Source of the DNA: a virus
Lineage: Duplodnaviria; Caudoviricetes
Direction: 5' to 3' (one strand)
IMG/VR virus record: IMGVR_UViG_3300034375_009028
DNA: 64,000 nt
The position numbers were made by a program, and so were the translations under genes. Under the pieces are notes generated by a model that was not told the origin of the DNA, ran no database searches, and worked only from the letters and a program-made list of their open reading frames with translations. Numbering within the stretch: the stretch's first letter is position 1; each line of letters opens with the position of its first letter. This document shows positions 9,864-21,700 of this stretch, one piece after another.

Positions 9864-11975
9864 TTATGTAGACGTGAATGACATGGCAGTAATTGACTGC
9901 CCAGAGTTCAATCTCCAACGAATCAAAATGCGATTGTTTGAGTCATTAGATGAAGATTCTGTACCAAATACACATGTAAATGTTCCGCCAGAACCATTCA
10001 TTGCACCACCCGAAGAACATCCTGGTTCTGCTGATGTTGGTACACCAGCACCTCTATATGCTTGGAACATGTCTGCCCAACCATTAGTACCAGATAAAGA
10101 TGAAGTCCATGTAGAATTGTCGGGCATACATACCCAACATCCTGCATACGATCCACTAACTGCTATTCTAAATTCAGATACCTGAGATCTTATAAATTGC
10201 AATTGGAAATATTGTGCTCCAGTTCTACCAGAAGAATAATCTGGTCCTACTGGTAACCAAGATCCACTAGAATAATCTGTTTGATCATGCCTCAAAGCAC
10301 CTCCTCTAACAATAGATTCATATGCTGCTGCAGTAGTAGAAGCACTAAATGATGTGTAAACTGGTGTGGGATTATCTGCACTAGATCCAGCGTTCACTCT
10401 AACAGCATTTCCAGAACCAGTTCCTAAACTATTAACTGCAATGTTATCTTCATCAATAATATTAGTCCTTGCAGTTGTTCCCATCATATTGACTGCAGGA
10501 GTTATAGTTGCTCTTACTGTATCTGACCCATAAGGAGTTGTTGCAGTGTAGGTAGAGAATCTAGTAGCATCAGTATTAACTGTTTGATGAAGATCTCTAG
10601 GTGTTTGAGAAACTAAACATGTTACGCCAGTACCTACACCATAATTCTGAACTGGTGGATTAACACCTCCATCAAAATTAGTATAACTTTTACTTCCACC
10701 ATTTTGAAATCCAGTAGTTTGACCACTAGATGTCAGAAAGGTATTCTGAGTGTACATATCACCCGTAGCATTCTCACAAGTTATTACATAAGTAAATGCA
10801 TTGCTAGAATCTTGTGTGTAATGTGGTACACCAGAAGAATAATTCAAAGTTGGTGAAGGTGGTGTTACTGGAGTAGTAACACTTAAAACAGGTGCAGTGA
10901 CTGTACTTCCATCCTCATACCAATATGCCTGCTGGGTAGTATATGCAAACTGTTGAATGAATGCTTTATTAAATCCATCAGGACATGGAGCATTAATCAA
11001 TCTGGCATCATAAACTTCATAAAATTCAGAGTTAATCCCTGGATTTCTTGATGAGAAGAATGCATCTTTATTGTTTGCAATTTGCAAGGAACCATAGATG
11101 CCATCATTAGATCCAATGGATAAATCTGTAGTACCAACTCCAACAGCATTTACAAATCCAGTAACTGTTCCAGCATCTCCTGGACCATATTCTGTAATAT
11201 AATTTGAAGTAACGGTATTATCAGTATTTCTACTATATTGTGTACCTGCTGATGGCGTCAAATCACCATCAGTATTGTTAGTAGGATTAAATCCTGAACA
11301 CAATCTTCCAACACCAGTCAACCCAGTCAAAGAGAATGGTTCATTTAAAATAGTTGCTGGTGGTTTTGGAACCAATTTCCCTAGAATAAAATTAATTTCA
11401 TTCACAGAGTCTTTGGTATAATCTCCAGTCTCAATTCCAACTGCTCCAGGTAAGAAACCAGCAGATGGGGTTCCAATAACTTGATCACCAAAAAATTCCG
11501 ATGCAGTTACAAATCCAGTAACTCTAACATCACCATCTACGGTTAATTTCTTATCTGCATCTGGATTGGTTAAACCAATACCAACACTCTTTGTTTGAGG
11601 AACGAATACAAAATCTTCATTAGAAGCAAATGATGTAACAACGCCTGTTGTTGCAGTTACAAATCCAATAAATTGTGGTGCAGTTCCTTGAGGATCTGAT
11701 AATTTATCGGTAATTAGATTTTTTAATTTTGATCCATCACCATAATATTCGGTTGCAGTAACTACTCCAACTACTTCAAGATCATTAGATACAACAATAT
11801 CTGAGGCGGTTAGGACCCCAGATATTGTCGCATCTCCTTGTACAGATAACTCCGCTGATGCATAGGTTGTGCCAATTCCGACCCGTCCAGTTACTTCAAG
11901 TACTGTTGAGTCGTCGGTATAAGAAGCTATACCTATTCTAAGATTTTTCTTGCGTTCGCTTAAAAATTTTGACAT
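9864..11975 (-). CDS. Virion structural protein, 703 aa, paralog of 25010-27028
   Basis: Ser/Thr/Gly-rich beta protein with VGIGT motifs; long near-identical stretches shared with the 672-aa ORF (INFILGKLVPKPPAT, NGWADMFQAYRG, FGTESSSND). Confidence 0.75.
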   Translation of the reverse strand: MSKFLSERKKNLRIGIASYTDDSTVLEVTGRVGIGTTYASAELSVQGDATISGVLTASDIVVSNDLEVVGVVTATEYYGDGSKLKNLITDKLSDPQGTAPQFIGFVTATTGVVTSFASNEDFVFVPQTKSVGIGLTNPDADKKLTVDGDVRVTGFVTASEFFGDQVIGTPSAGFLPGAVGIETGDYTKDSVNEINFILGKLVPKPPATILNEPFSLTGLTGVGRLCSGFNPTNNTDGDLTPSAGTQYSRNTDNTVTSNYITEYGPGDAGTVTGFVNAVGVGTTDLSIGSNDGIYGSLQIANNKDAFFSSRNPGINSEFYEVYDARLINAPCPDGFNKAFIQQFAYTTQQAYWYEDGSTVTAPVLSVTTPVTPPSPTLNYSSGVPHYTQDSSNAFTYVITCENATGDMYTQNTFLTSSGQTTGFQNGGSKSYTNFDGGVNPPVQNYGVGTGVTCLVSQTPRDLHQTVNTDATRFSTYTATTPYGSDTVRATITPAVNMMGTTARTNIIDEDNIAVNSLGTGSGNAVRVNAGSSADNPTPVYTSFSASTTAAAYESIVRGGALRHDQTDYSSGSWLPVGPDYSSGRTGAQYFQLQFIRSQVSEFRIAVSGSYAGCWVCMPDNSTWTSSLSGTNGWADMFQAYRGAGVPTSAEPGCSSGGAMNGSGGTFTCVFGTESSSNDSNNRILIRWRLNSGQSITAMSFTST

Positions 11976-12039
11976 TTATCAACCTGATGCATGAGTGGTA
12001 TATACCGTAGATTCTGTTATATAACAGAACTTTATATAG

Positions 12040-12047
12040 TATTTATT
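12040..12047 (-). promoter_or_regulatory. T4-type late promoter variant (AATAAATA)
   Basis: tatttatt 65 nt upstream of the 703-aa gene, followed by an 18-bp palindrome at 12012-12029. Confidence 0.6.
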
Positions 12048-12355
12048 CAATTAAAAGTTTCTTCATCTCCATATTCTCCAGCATCTTCAATAATTTCTTC
12101 TTCTTGAACTTTTGCTTTTTTGCTGGATCTTCTAGAACTTCTTGCTGCCTTTTCTTGCTGCTGTTTTGATAATTCAGTTAAGTCTTGAACCGTATTTTTT
12201 AAAGATTCTACTAATGAATTTAAAGTTGCTACCTTAGCTTCAAGAGAGATATTCTCATTAAAAAGTTTAAATGTTTTTTGTTGATATACAGTTATCAACG
12301 TTTTATAGTCGTCTTCAGAGATATATGAAAATTCATCTCCCTTTTGCCTAGCCAT
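12047..12355 (-). CDS. Hypothetical coiled-coil protein, 102 aa
   Basis: Clean ORF with heptad-like middle section (ISLEAKVATLNSLVESLK). Confidence 0.7.
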   Translation of the reverse strand: MARQKGDEFSYISEDDYKTLITVYQQKTFKLFNENISLEAKVATLNSLVESLKNTVQDLTELSKQQQEKAARSSRRSSKKAKVQEEEIIEDAGEYGDEETFN

Positions 12356-12359
12356 AAAA

Positions 12360-12386
12360 AAATAGGTGTAGTATATACACCTATTT
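12360..12386 (-). terminator. Hairpin (11-bp stem) plus U-tract overlapping a late promoter
   Basis: Minus strand AAATAGGTGTA-TATAC-TACACCTATTT-TTT; AATAAATA overlaps the 5' arm. Confidence 0.6.
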
Positions 12387-12415
12387 ATTATTGATTTAAT
12401 TGTATTATTTTTAAA

Positions 12416-12757
12416 TCAGTTGAGTGTTTCTAGAACAGATACAATCAATTTTAGATCTGTATTTGTACTTCCTTTTACCATAAGTGTATCGCCTTGTTCC
12501 ATAACCAACTTACCTGCAAGCAGGTTAGCGGAATCATTACCAGGAATTGGGAACTGATTAAACAGTTCTGTTGTCACTGCAATACCTGCTTTTGTTCTTC
12601 TGTGGGATACGCTAATGTCTTGACTAGACGCTCCGATATTTGATGCTTGTGCCAGGAGGAGAACCCCCGTGTATCCCACGGGAGCTGTATAGATTCCTAC
12701 TGGAGACTGAGATACAACGTTCGTAATCGTTTTGAATACGTTAAGGGCTAGTGCCAT
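12416..12757 (-). CDS. Small virion structural protein, 113 aa (fibre-associated)
   Basis: Directly follows the giant ORF (3-nt gap); beta-rich, resembling small genes found after cyanophage fibre genes. Confidence 0.65.
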   Translation of the reverse strand: MALALNVFKTITNVVSQSPVGIYTAPVGYTGVLLLAQASNIGASSQDISVSHRRTKAGIAVTTELFNQFPIPGNDSANLLAGKLVMEQGDTLMVKGSTNTDLKLIVSVLETLN

Positions 12758-12760
12758 GGA

Positions 12761-15700
12761 TTACTCTCCTCCGAGTGCGAGAATGAATGGGGTTAGGGTG
12801 GAGAACAACGACTTAGAATATGACGTTCCAGAGATTGTTCCTGTGTTTTGGTTAATAATCAGTCCATCACCGATCTTGAAGTTACCTGACTGGTCAGTAC
12901 TGGTGAAGACCACCAGACCACCATTCAGATTCACGGTTTCATTTTCTGGGATTGTAACTCCTCCATTTTGTGGTAATGCTGTCTTGACATTGATTCCAGA
13001 ACCAATGTATTCAAATGCGTGTGATGAAGCAAGAACTCTGGACTGCTTATAGAAGTAAACATCCATTCCAACTCCAACATCATATGGAACCTGGGTGTCA
13101 AATGTGACGGTAGAGATTCCAGTTACCTTATCGGGTAATGTTGCCTTCGATACTGTGAAGTATGAAGGATAGATAGAAGGAACAATTCTTGCCTGGACAC
13201 CACCAGCTCCTTGTGGAGCAGCGATGCTTACTGCAGGAGGAACAACGAATCCTCTACCACTGGATACAACCTCAACAGAGATGACTGAACCGTTTTCAAC
13301 GGTTGCAATCGCCTGCGCGGGAACACCCCACTCAGTTGTTGGATCCGCAATTGTTACCTCAGGAGTCTCGGTATAACCGCTACCACCGTTGGTAACTTGG
13401 ATCTTATCAAGTTGATAATATAACTTATCAAAGACTGCTACCTGACCGTCAAATGGTCTCTGGGCATTGATTTGAACAGTACCACCAGAACCTGGAGTAT
13501 AGTAGTGAGCGAATGGTCCCTTACCAACGTTAGCGGTAAAGAATGTAGACGCTGCAGAGATTCTAACTGGTGATGGTTCACCCTTCAGGATCGCGTCAGT
13601 AGCAATTCCGATCAGGTTATCAATTGTATCCTGAACATTCTGACATGCCTCAGGAGTATTGTTTGAACCGTATGCTGCGTCATCAAGGAGATCGAAGTTC
13701 TTATTGTTGAGTTGGTTATTGATTGCCAACTGCATGTAGTCTGCAGATGCGCGGAACGCAGTTACAGTTTCAACTTCTTCACCAAGTAGACCCTTAGCAA
13801 GTGGTTCACCTTCTTCATCGAAGTAGTAATTAACCGCAGCGATTGTATTCGCGTTAGTTGAATTTTCTAGGTCATCGCGAACAGATGTTACAAAGTATCC
13901 GATATCTCTTCTGCACTTATTCTCTTGATCAAGGAACGATCCTGGATTATCTACGTAGTTGTCTAGAGTTGTAAGAGTACCAATTCCAATAGACTCGGTA
14001 ATGATTCCGATTCTGTTAGAGATGAAGTCTTGTACATCTTGACATGCATCAGGATTACCCGATCTTGTATAAACAACTGTGTAACCACCAGATCCGTAAA
14101 CTTCAGGTCCGAATGTTAGTGTTAGATCCTTCGCGTAGAGTTGGTTAGATACTGCCTTCGCCATTAGATCGCCAGCAGCGATAAATGCCGTTACAGATTC
14201 TGTCTTCTCTGCGTTTAGACCAGGAGTAATTGGTCTTCCGTTTCCATCGAAGTATTGTCTTGCGAAGTCCTTGGAGTAAGTGTTACCACCAACGAATACG
14301 TCAGTTGCAACAGCATCAACAAGGTATCCAATATCTCTTGCACACTTGTAACCACCTGGGGAAGAAGTAGTTCCGAGTCCGACCAGATCACCTGCGGTTG
14401 TTCCGAATCCAACAGTTTGTCCAAACTCACCGAGGTTGAGTGTGAAGTAACCTTCAGTAACTCCGATTGTTCCATCGTACAGGTCAGAGGTGTTACCAGC
14501 TCCGATGACTGTTGTGATGATTCCAACCAAGTTATCAATGTTACCTTGGACATCCTGACAGGTATTTTCGTTACCAGAAGCAGTGTAGGTAACGATTCCA
14601 ACGCCACCATAGTTTGCAGGACCAGTTGATAATGTCAGATCCTTACGATAGAGTTGGTTAGTGATAGCATCCTTCATGAACTCACCAGAGTATCTGAATG
14701 CTGTCAGTGAAGGTACTTCTTCACCTTCTAGACCACCTCTGATCTTGGTTCCGTCTGCGTAGTAATACTGCTCAGAGAATCCTCTGGAGTAGATATTACC
14801 GCCACTGAATACGTCAGTTGCAACTGCGTCGATGAGGAATCCAAGGTCTCTTGCACACTTGTAACCACCTGGGTTCTCAGTGCTTCCGATTCCACTTGCT
14901 CTATCAAAGATACCAGTGTTGTATGTGAGACCCGAGAGCGAAGCAGTTGTTCCAGCGCCAAGTGCGACTGTTACAATGCCAACCAGAGTATCAACGTTAT
15001 CCTGAACATCCTGACATGCGAGAGCGTTACCAGAGATGAATACGGTATGTGCAACTCCAGGTCCACCATAAGTAGCAGGACCAGAAGAGATTCCAACATC
15101 CTTTCTATAGAGTTGGTTAGTGAGAGCATCCTTCATGAACTCACCAGCACCGCCAAGACCAACAACAGTTGGAGCAACTTCTCCACCGTCGATGTAAACT
15201 GCTCCAGACTCATTGAAGTATTGGAGAGTAAACTCTTGAGAGTACTTGTTACCAGCGATGAATACGTCAGTTGAGACCGCATCAACGAAGAATCCAATGT
15301 CTCTTGCACACTTATAACCACCTGGGGTTGTAGCGCCAGCAGAGACGCTCTGATCAAAGATACCGCCAGTGATAGTTGGAAGACCAGTGGTATTTCCTGC
15401 AGCAACAGTTGCTGTAACAATGCCAGTCAATGTATCAACTTGGTCTTGAATGTCAAGACATGCGGTAGGATCAGTGTTAGTTACATCAGATCCAACTCCG
15501 AAGTATGTTCCACCTGCGGAGACGGTAAGATCAGAGTATGCTGCACCAACCAAGTTGTTGGTAAGTGCGTTCTTCATGTACTTAGCTGCTGCTTGGAAGA
15601 CGAAGATTGACTCATCTTCTTCACCAACTAATCCACCAGTGATTGGGTTACCAGCACCATCAAAGTATTGGAGAGTAAACTCTGTAGCATACTTGTTAGC

Positions 15701-18700
15701 ACCAATAAGTACGTCAAGGGAGATAGCATCGATGAAGAATCCTGTGTCTCTCTTACACTTATCTTCGACTGCACTGAAGTTGAATGCATTGAAGTTTGGA
15801 TTGTTTACAGCATCTGTAAATGCAAGTCCAACAATTACATCCTTATTCAGTTGGATCATTCTGTATGCATCATAGAATCTAGATCTTGCATTTTCTTCCA
15901 GATCACCTGGGAAGAAGAATGTATCATATGCATCATATCCTTGAGCGATAGAACCGATAGATCTATCAATTACTTCCTGTCTGTTCTGTTGAATCAGGCG
16001 GTAAGAATCGAAGTATCTATACTGCTCATCATCTCTTTCATCAAATCCCTTATTAACAACTGGGAGTGAAGTTGTTGTTCCAAGTCCGACAGCGACAGTT
16101 GCGATGCCTACAAGGTTCTCAATGAAGTTTTGTACATCTGCACAAGAATCAGGATTTCTGTTGTCTCCAGTTACCCAATCAGGCGAGAGTGTCAAATCTT
16201 GAGCATTAAGTTGGTTGGTAACTGCTGCTCTTGAGAGATCTCCGAATGCAGTGAATGCAGTTACAGATTCAGATTCTTCACCAAGGAGTCCGTTGGTGAT
16301 TGGGTTACCTGCTCCATCGAAGTAGGAGAGGGCGAATCCAACAATGTTCTTGTTACCACCAGTGTAAAGGTCTCCAGCAACCGCGTCAGCAAGGTAACCA
16401 AGGTCTCTAGCACACTTGAATCCACCTGGGGATGAAGTTGTTCCGATACCTGCCTGATTGAAGTAACCTTCATTCAGAGTTGGTAATCCAGTTGTAGCAC
16501 CTGCACCGATCGCGACTGTAACAATACCAACGATAGTGTCGATATTATCCTGAACATCTTGACATGCATTTGCATTTCCAGAAGGAAGAACTGCTTCTGA
16601 AGTACCACCACCAACGTAGGTAGCAGGACCAGAGGAGATTCCAACATCCTTACGGTTGAGTTGGTTAGTAACTGCCTTCTTAGCGAGATCTGCAACAAAG
16701 TCAAATGCAACGATAGAAGGAGCTTCTTCACCAAGTAAACCATTTGTAGTTGGGTTACCAGCACCATCGAAGTAGAACAGTGTGAAGTCTCTGGAGTAGC
16801 TGTTGCCACCTGTGAATACGTCGATCGCGAGCGCGTCAACAAGGTATCCAACGTCTCTAGCACACTTAACACCACCTGGAGTTGTATTACCAAATCCAGC
16901 AGTATTTTGAATAGTTAACTTAGTGAATGGATCAGTGTTGATAAGGAAGTTACCCTTAGTTTCAGCAGGAAGTGAAGTGGTTGTTCCAAGTCCAACTGCA
17001 ACGGTTGCAATACCTACAAGGTTCTCAATTGCTGCCTGTACATCAGTACAAGCCTCAGCATTACCTGAGAGGAGAACAGGAATATTACCGCCAGGACCAT
17101 TAAATGCTGCCTTACCAGAGGAGATTCCAACATCCTTAGCATTCAGTTGGTTGGTAATTGCCTGCTTCATGTATCCAGAGGCAGATTCGAAGGCAATCAG
17201 TGATTGTGCTTCTTCGCCTACAAGACCATTGGAGATTGGGTTACCAGCACCATCGAAGTAAAGGAGTGAGAAGTCTCTAGTATATGTGTTACCACCTGCG
17301 TGAATATCAGTTGAGACTGCATCAACAAGGAATCCGAGGTCTCTAGCACACTTGAATCCACCTGGGGATGAAGTTGTTCCGATACCTGCGGTTACATCAT
17401 AGTAACCAGAGTTGATTGATGTTGGAGCATCTGCAAATGTTGCGGTTGTTCCAAGTCCAACTACAGCAGTAACGATTCCAACCAGGGTATCAACGTTATC
17501 CTGAACATCTTGACAGGAGTTGATATTTCCAGAAGGAAGAACAGGGATGTCTCCACCTGCGCCACCATAAGTAGCAGCACCAGAAGAGATTCCAACATCC
17601 TTTCTATAGAGTTGGTTGGTCAATGCCTTCTTAATAAGTCCACCAGCAGCGATAAATGCACTGTTCGAAGGAGCTTCTTCGCCAGCAAGTCCACTTGTAA
17701 TCCATCCACGATATGCTGGTTCGTAAGACTTGACTGAATCAGTAGTTGCTCTTACAAATGTGTGAGCGGACTGAGGAAGATGCTTAACAGCACCTGCATC
17801 TGCACTTACGAATTGATGTGTTGTTTGTGGCTCGTGACGGATAGCGTTACCCTCTGCGTAAACAAAGGTGTGAACAGATCCAGCAGCGATTCCTGCATCA
17901 CCAACATTAATTGTAAATGTTCCTGTCTGCTTCTTAAGTCCATTAGCAGTTGCACTTACGAAGGTGTGAGCACCAGTGTAAGAAGATGCGCCAATGTTGA
18001 TCTTAAATGTATTTGGAGTTACTTCAGAGATTTCTAACCAACGACCAGATGCATAATCATATCCAGCGCGAGGATATGCTTTAGATACTGTATTATCATC
18101 AAGTACACATGTGAAGGTCAAAGAAGCATCGTCAAGTTTGATATAATCTCCTTTAGTGAATCCATGAGATGCAACTGTAAGTACTACATCACCAGATGCA
18201 GCATCATATGTTGCGTTAGTTACTGTGTGGGTAGACATTCCAACAGCAGTAATTGATGTAGATACTCCAGAGATTGGATCAGTTGAACGTGGATATGAAT
18301 GCTGAGTAGCATTACCATCTTGGTCGCAAGTAAAGACGAATGAATTATCCTCAAGGATAACTCCACGTCCAACTCCAAGACCATGCTGACCAACAGTAAC
18401 TGTTAAATCACCAGTCGCTGCATTATAATCAGCAGCAGTTGGAGTAAAGTACTTGTTAGGACCAGAAGCACCAACGTTAACTGTTAAAGTATCCGAAGTT
18501 ACTGAAGTAATCTTAACTGATCTACCTGCAAATGGATCAATTCCAGGACGTGGATAAGTCTTCTGTGCTTGGAATCCATCCATTGCACAACTAAATGTGA
18601 AGGAATTATCCTCGATGATAACACCCTCTCCAACACTCAGTGAGTGCTCACCAACAGTAACTGTAAAGTCACCTGTTGCTGGATCATAAGTAGCAGCAGT

Positions 18701-21700
18701 TGGGTTGAATGACCAGTCAGTACCAGAAGCACCAACATTAACTGTGAATGAAGTTGCGCTTGTTCCAGTGATTGTTAATCCATTGGTGTAAGCTAATTGA
18801 CCAATGGTTGGCAGAGAGTGCTCTGTCTTATTACCATCCATTGCACAAGTGAAGGTGAATCCTTCCTTGTCAAGATAGATAACATCATTGGTTTGGAGTG
18901 GGTGACCAGCTCCGATGATTGCAGTGAAGTCTCCAGTTGCTGGATCATAAGTAGCATCGGTTGGTTTCCAACCTGCAGCAGCCTTGAACTGGTTACGTAA
19001 GAATCCTGCAGCGTATGCATTACCACCAGTGAACAGGTCAGTGGAGATTGCATCAACAAGGAATCTAATGTCTCTACCACAAGTAAATCCACCTGGGGAG
19101 AATGTGCTGATTCCTAAAGATTGATTAAACTCTCCAAGATCAAGAGCACCTGTAGTAGTTGGAAGTTGACCTGTTGTTCCAAGACCTACAGCAACAGTGA
19201 CGATACCGACCAAGGAATCGATGTTATCTTGTACATCTAGACATGCATTTTCATTACCAGATCTTAGTACAGGAATGTTTGTTGAACCAACACCAAAGTA
19301 TGCAGTACCAGAAGAGATTCCAACATCCTTATTAAAGAGTTGGTTGGTGATTGCATCCTTCATGTACTCACCAGCAGCTTCAAACGCTACGATTGATGGA
19401 CCTTCCTCACCGAGGAGACCATTAATGATTGGAGCAGCGTTATCGAAGTATTGGAGTGCAAATCCATCAGAGTAGTAGTTACCTGCGGTAAAGAGGTCAA
19501 TCGAGATAGCATCGATAAAGAATCCAGTATCTCTAGCACACTTGAATCCACCTGGGGATGAAGTTGTTCCGAATCCAACAACTGGAGTACCAGCATCAGA
19601 AGCAACAAAGTATCCTTGGTTAATGGTTGCGGTTACATCACCAGCGGTTGCAGTAGTTCCGAGACCAACAACAGAAGTAACAATTCCTACGAGAGTGTCG
19701 ATTGTATCCTGAACATCTTGACATGCATCAGCATTACCAGATTGGTATACAGTATATGCAATACCAGGACCATTGTAAACAGCAGGACCAGAGGAGATTC
19801 CAAGGTTCTTTGTATACAGTTGGTTGGTGATCGCATCCTTCATGAACTCACCAGCGCCGATGAATCCATACAGTGACTGAAGCTCTTCTTCATAGAGACC
19901 TTCACCAATTGGTTGACCAGTTCCGTCATCAAAATACTCAAGGATAAACTCTCTAGAGTAAACGTTACCTCCAGTGAATACGTCAGTTGAGACAGAATCG
20001 ATAAAGTATCCAATGTCTCTTGCACACTTGAATCCACCAGGGGTGCTGGTAGTTCCAATTCCTGCTTGAGCAAAGTAACCTACGTTTCTTGTTGCTGCAA
20101 ACGAACCTGTTTGCTCATTAGCAATTGCCTCAGTAATGATTAATACCAGAGTTGCAATTGTGTCTTGAACATCTTGACATGCAGCAGAGTCGCTATTTGA
20201 AGAAGCGCCAGGTGCTGTAGTGATTCCAGCATCAGTATATGAGAGGTTATTTGTGATTGCCTCATACATCTTATCACGCGCTTGATTGAAGGCGTAGATA
20301 GATTGTACTTCCTCACCATCAATACCATTTGTAATCAGCTGATTATTTGCGAAGTATTGAAGTGTGAAGTCTTGTGAGTATGAGTTACCACCAGTTAAAA
20401 CGTCGAGTGATACTGCATCAACGAAGTATCCAAGGTCTCTCTTACACTTAGTCTCAGTTGAGAGAATTGCAGGATACTGGTTTCTTGTTGCAAGCCAAGC
20501 AGCGTTAACAATATCAGTCTTATTCTTTTGAATCAGACGATATGAATCATAATATCTGGATCTTGCATTAGTTACATCGTCACCAGGGAATACCCAATCA
20601 GTTGGATATTGATCATAGTTAACAACAATGTTACCAATTGATCTATCAATCAGTTCTCTTCTATTTGTCTGGATCAGACGATAGGAGTCAAAGAATCTTG
20701 ATCTTGCGTTGGTGTACTCATCACCTGGGAATGCAAATGTCTTACCGACACCAGCACTGACGTGATAATCAAGTGCAATTGCTGCCAGGGACTTATCAAC
20801 AATTTCCTGTCTGTTCTGCTGAATCAGACGATATGAATCATAGAATCTTGATCTACCTGTTGTCTGGTCATCACCAGGGAAGTAGAAGTCTGGGTGATCA
20901 ATAGCAATAGCACCGAGAGACTTATCAATGATCTCCTGCTTGTTCTGTTGAATCAGACGATAAGAATCAGCGAATCTTGAACGTGCATTGGTTTCAAGAT
21001 CTCCTGGGAAGTAGAACTGATCATAGTTTAATGCTACAGAAGCAAGAGACTTATCAACGATTTCTTGCTTGTTCTGCTGGATTAAACGATAAGAATCATA
21101 GAATCTTGATCTTGATGTGGTCTCAGTATCTCCTGGGAAGAGGAAATAATCGAACATATCATACTTGAAGGAGATTCCTGCAAGTGCCTTATCAACAATT
21201 TCCTGCTTGTTATCGAGAATCAAACGATATGAATCAAAGAATCTTGATCTTTCGTTTGTTTCTGGATCATCTGGGAAGAAGAAGTCTGGGTGATACAGAG
21301 AAATAGTAGCAAGAGACTTATCAATAAGTTCGTCTCTATTAGCATTAACAAGATTATATGAATCTTTAAATCTATTTCTGCTAGAATCTGGGAAGTAGAA
21401 GTCAGGATTCTCTAATGAGATAGAAGCAAGTGATCTATCAATGATTTCCTGCTTGTTCTGTTGGATCAGACGATAAGAATCAAAGAATCTTGATCTTGCA
21501 TTTGTCTGAAGATCATTAGGGAAGTAGAAGTCTGGATGATTTACAGAGATCTCAGCAAGTGATCTATCAACAATTTCCTGCTTGTTCTGTTGAATCAGAC
21601 GATATGAATCGTAGAATCTTGAGGAAGCATTAGTTTGTGCTTCACCTGGGAAGTAGAAATCAGGGTGCTTGAATGCAATAGAAGCAAGAGACTTATCAAG

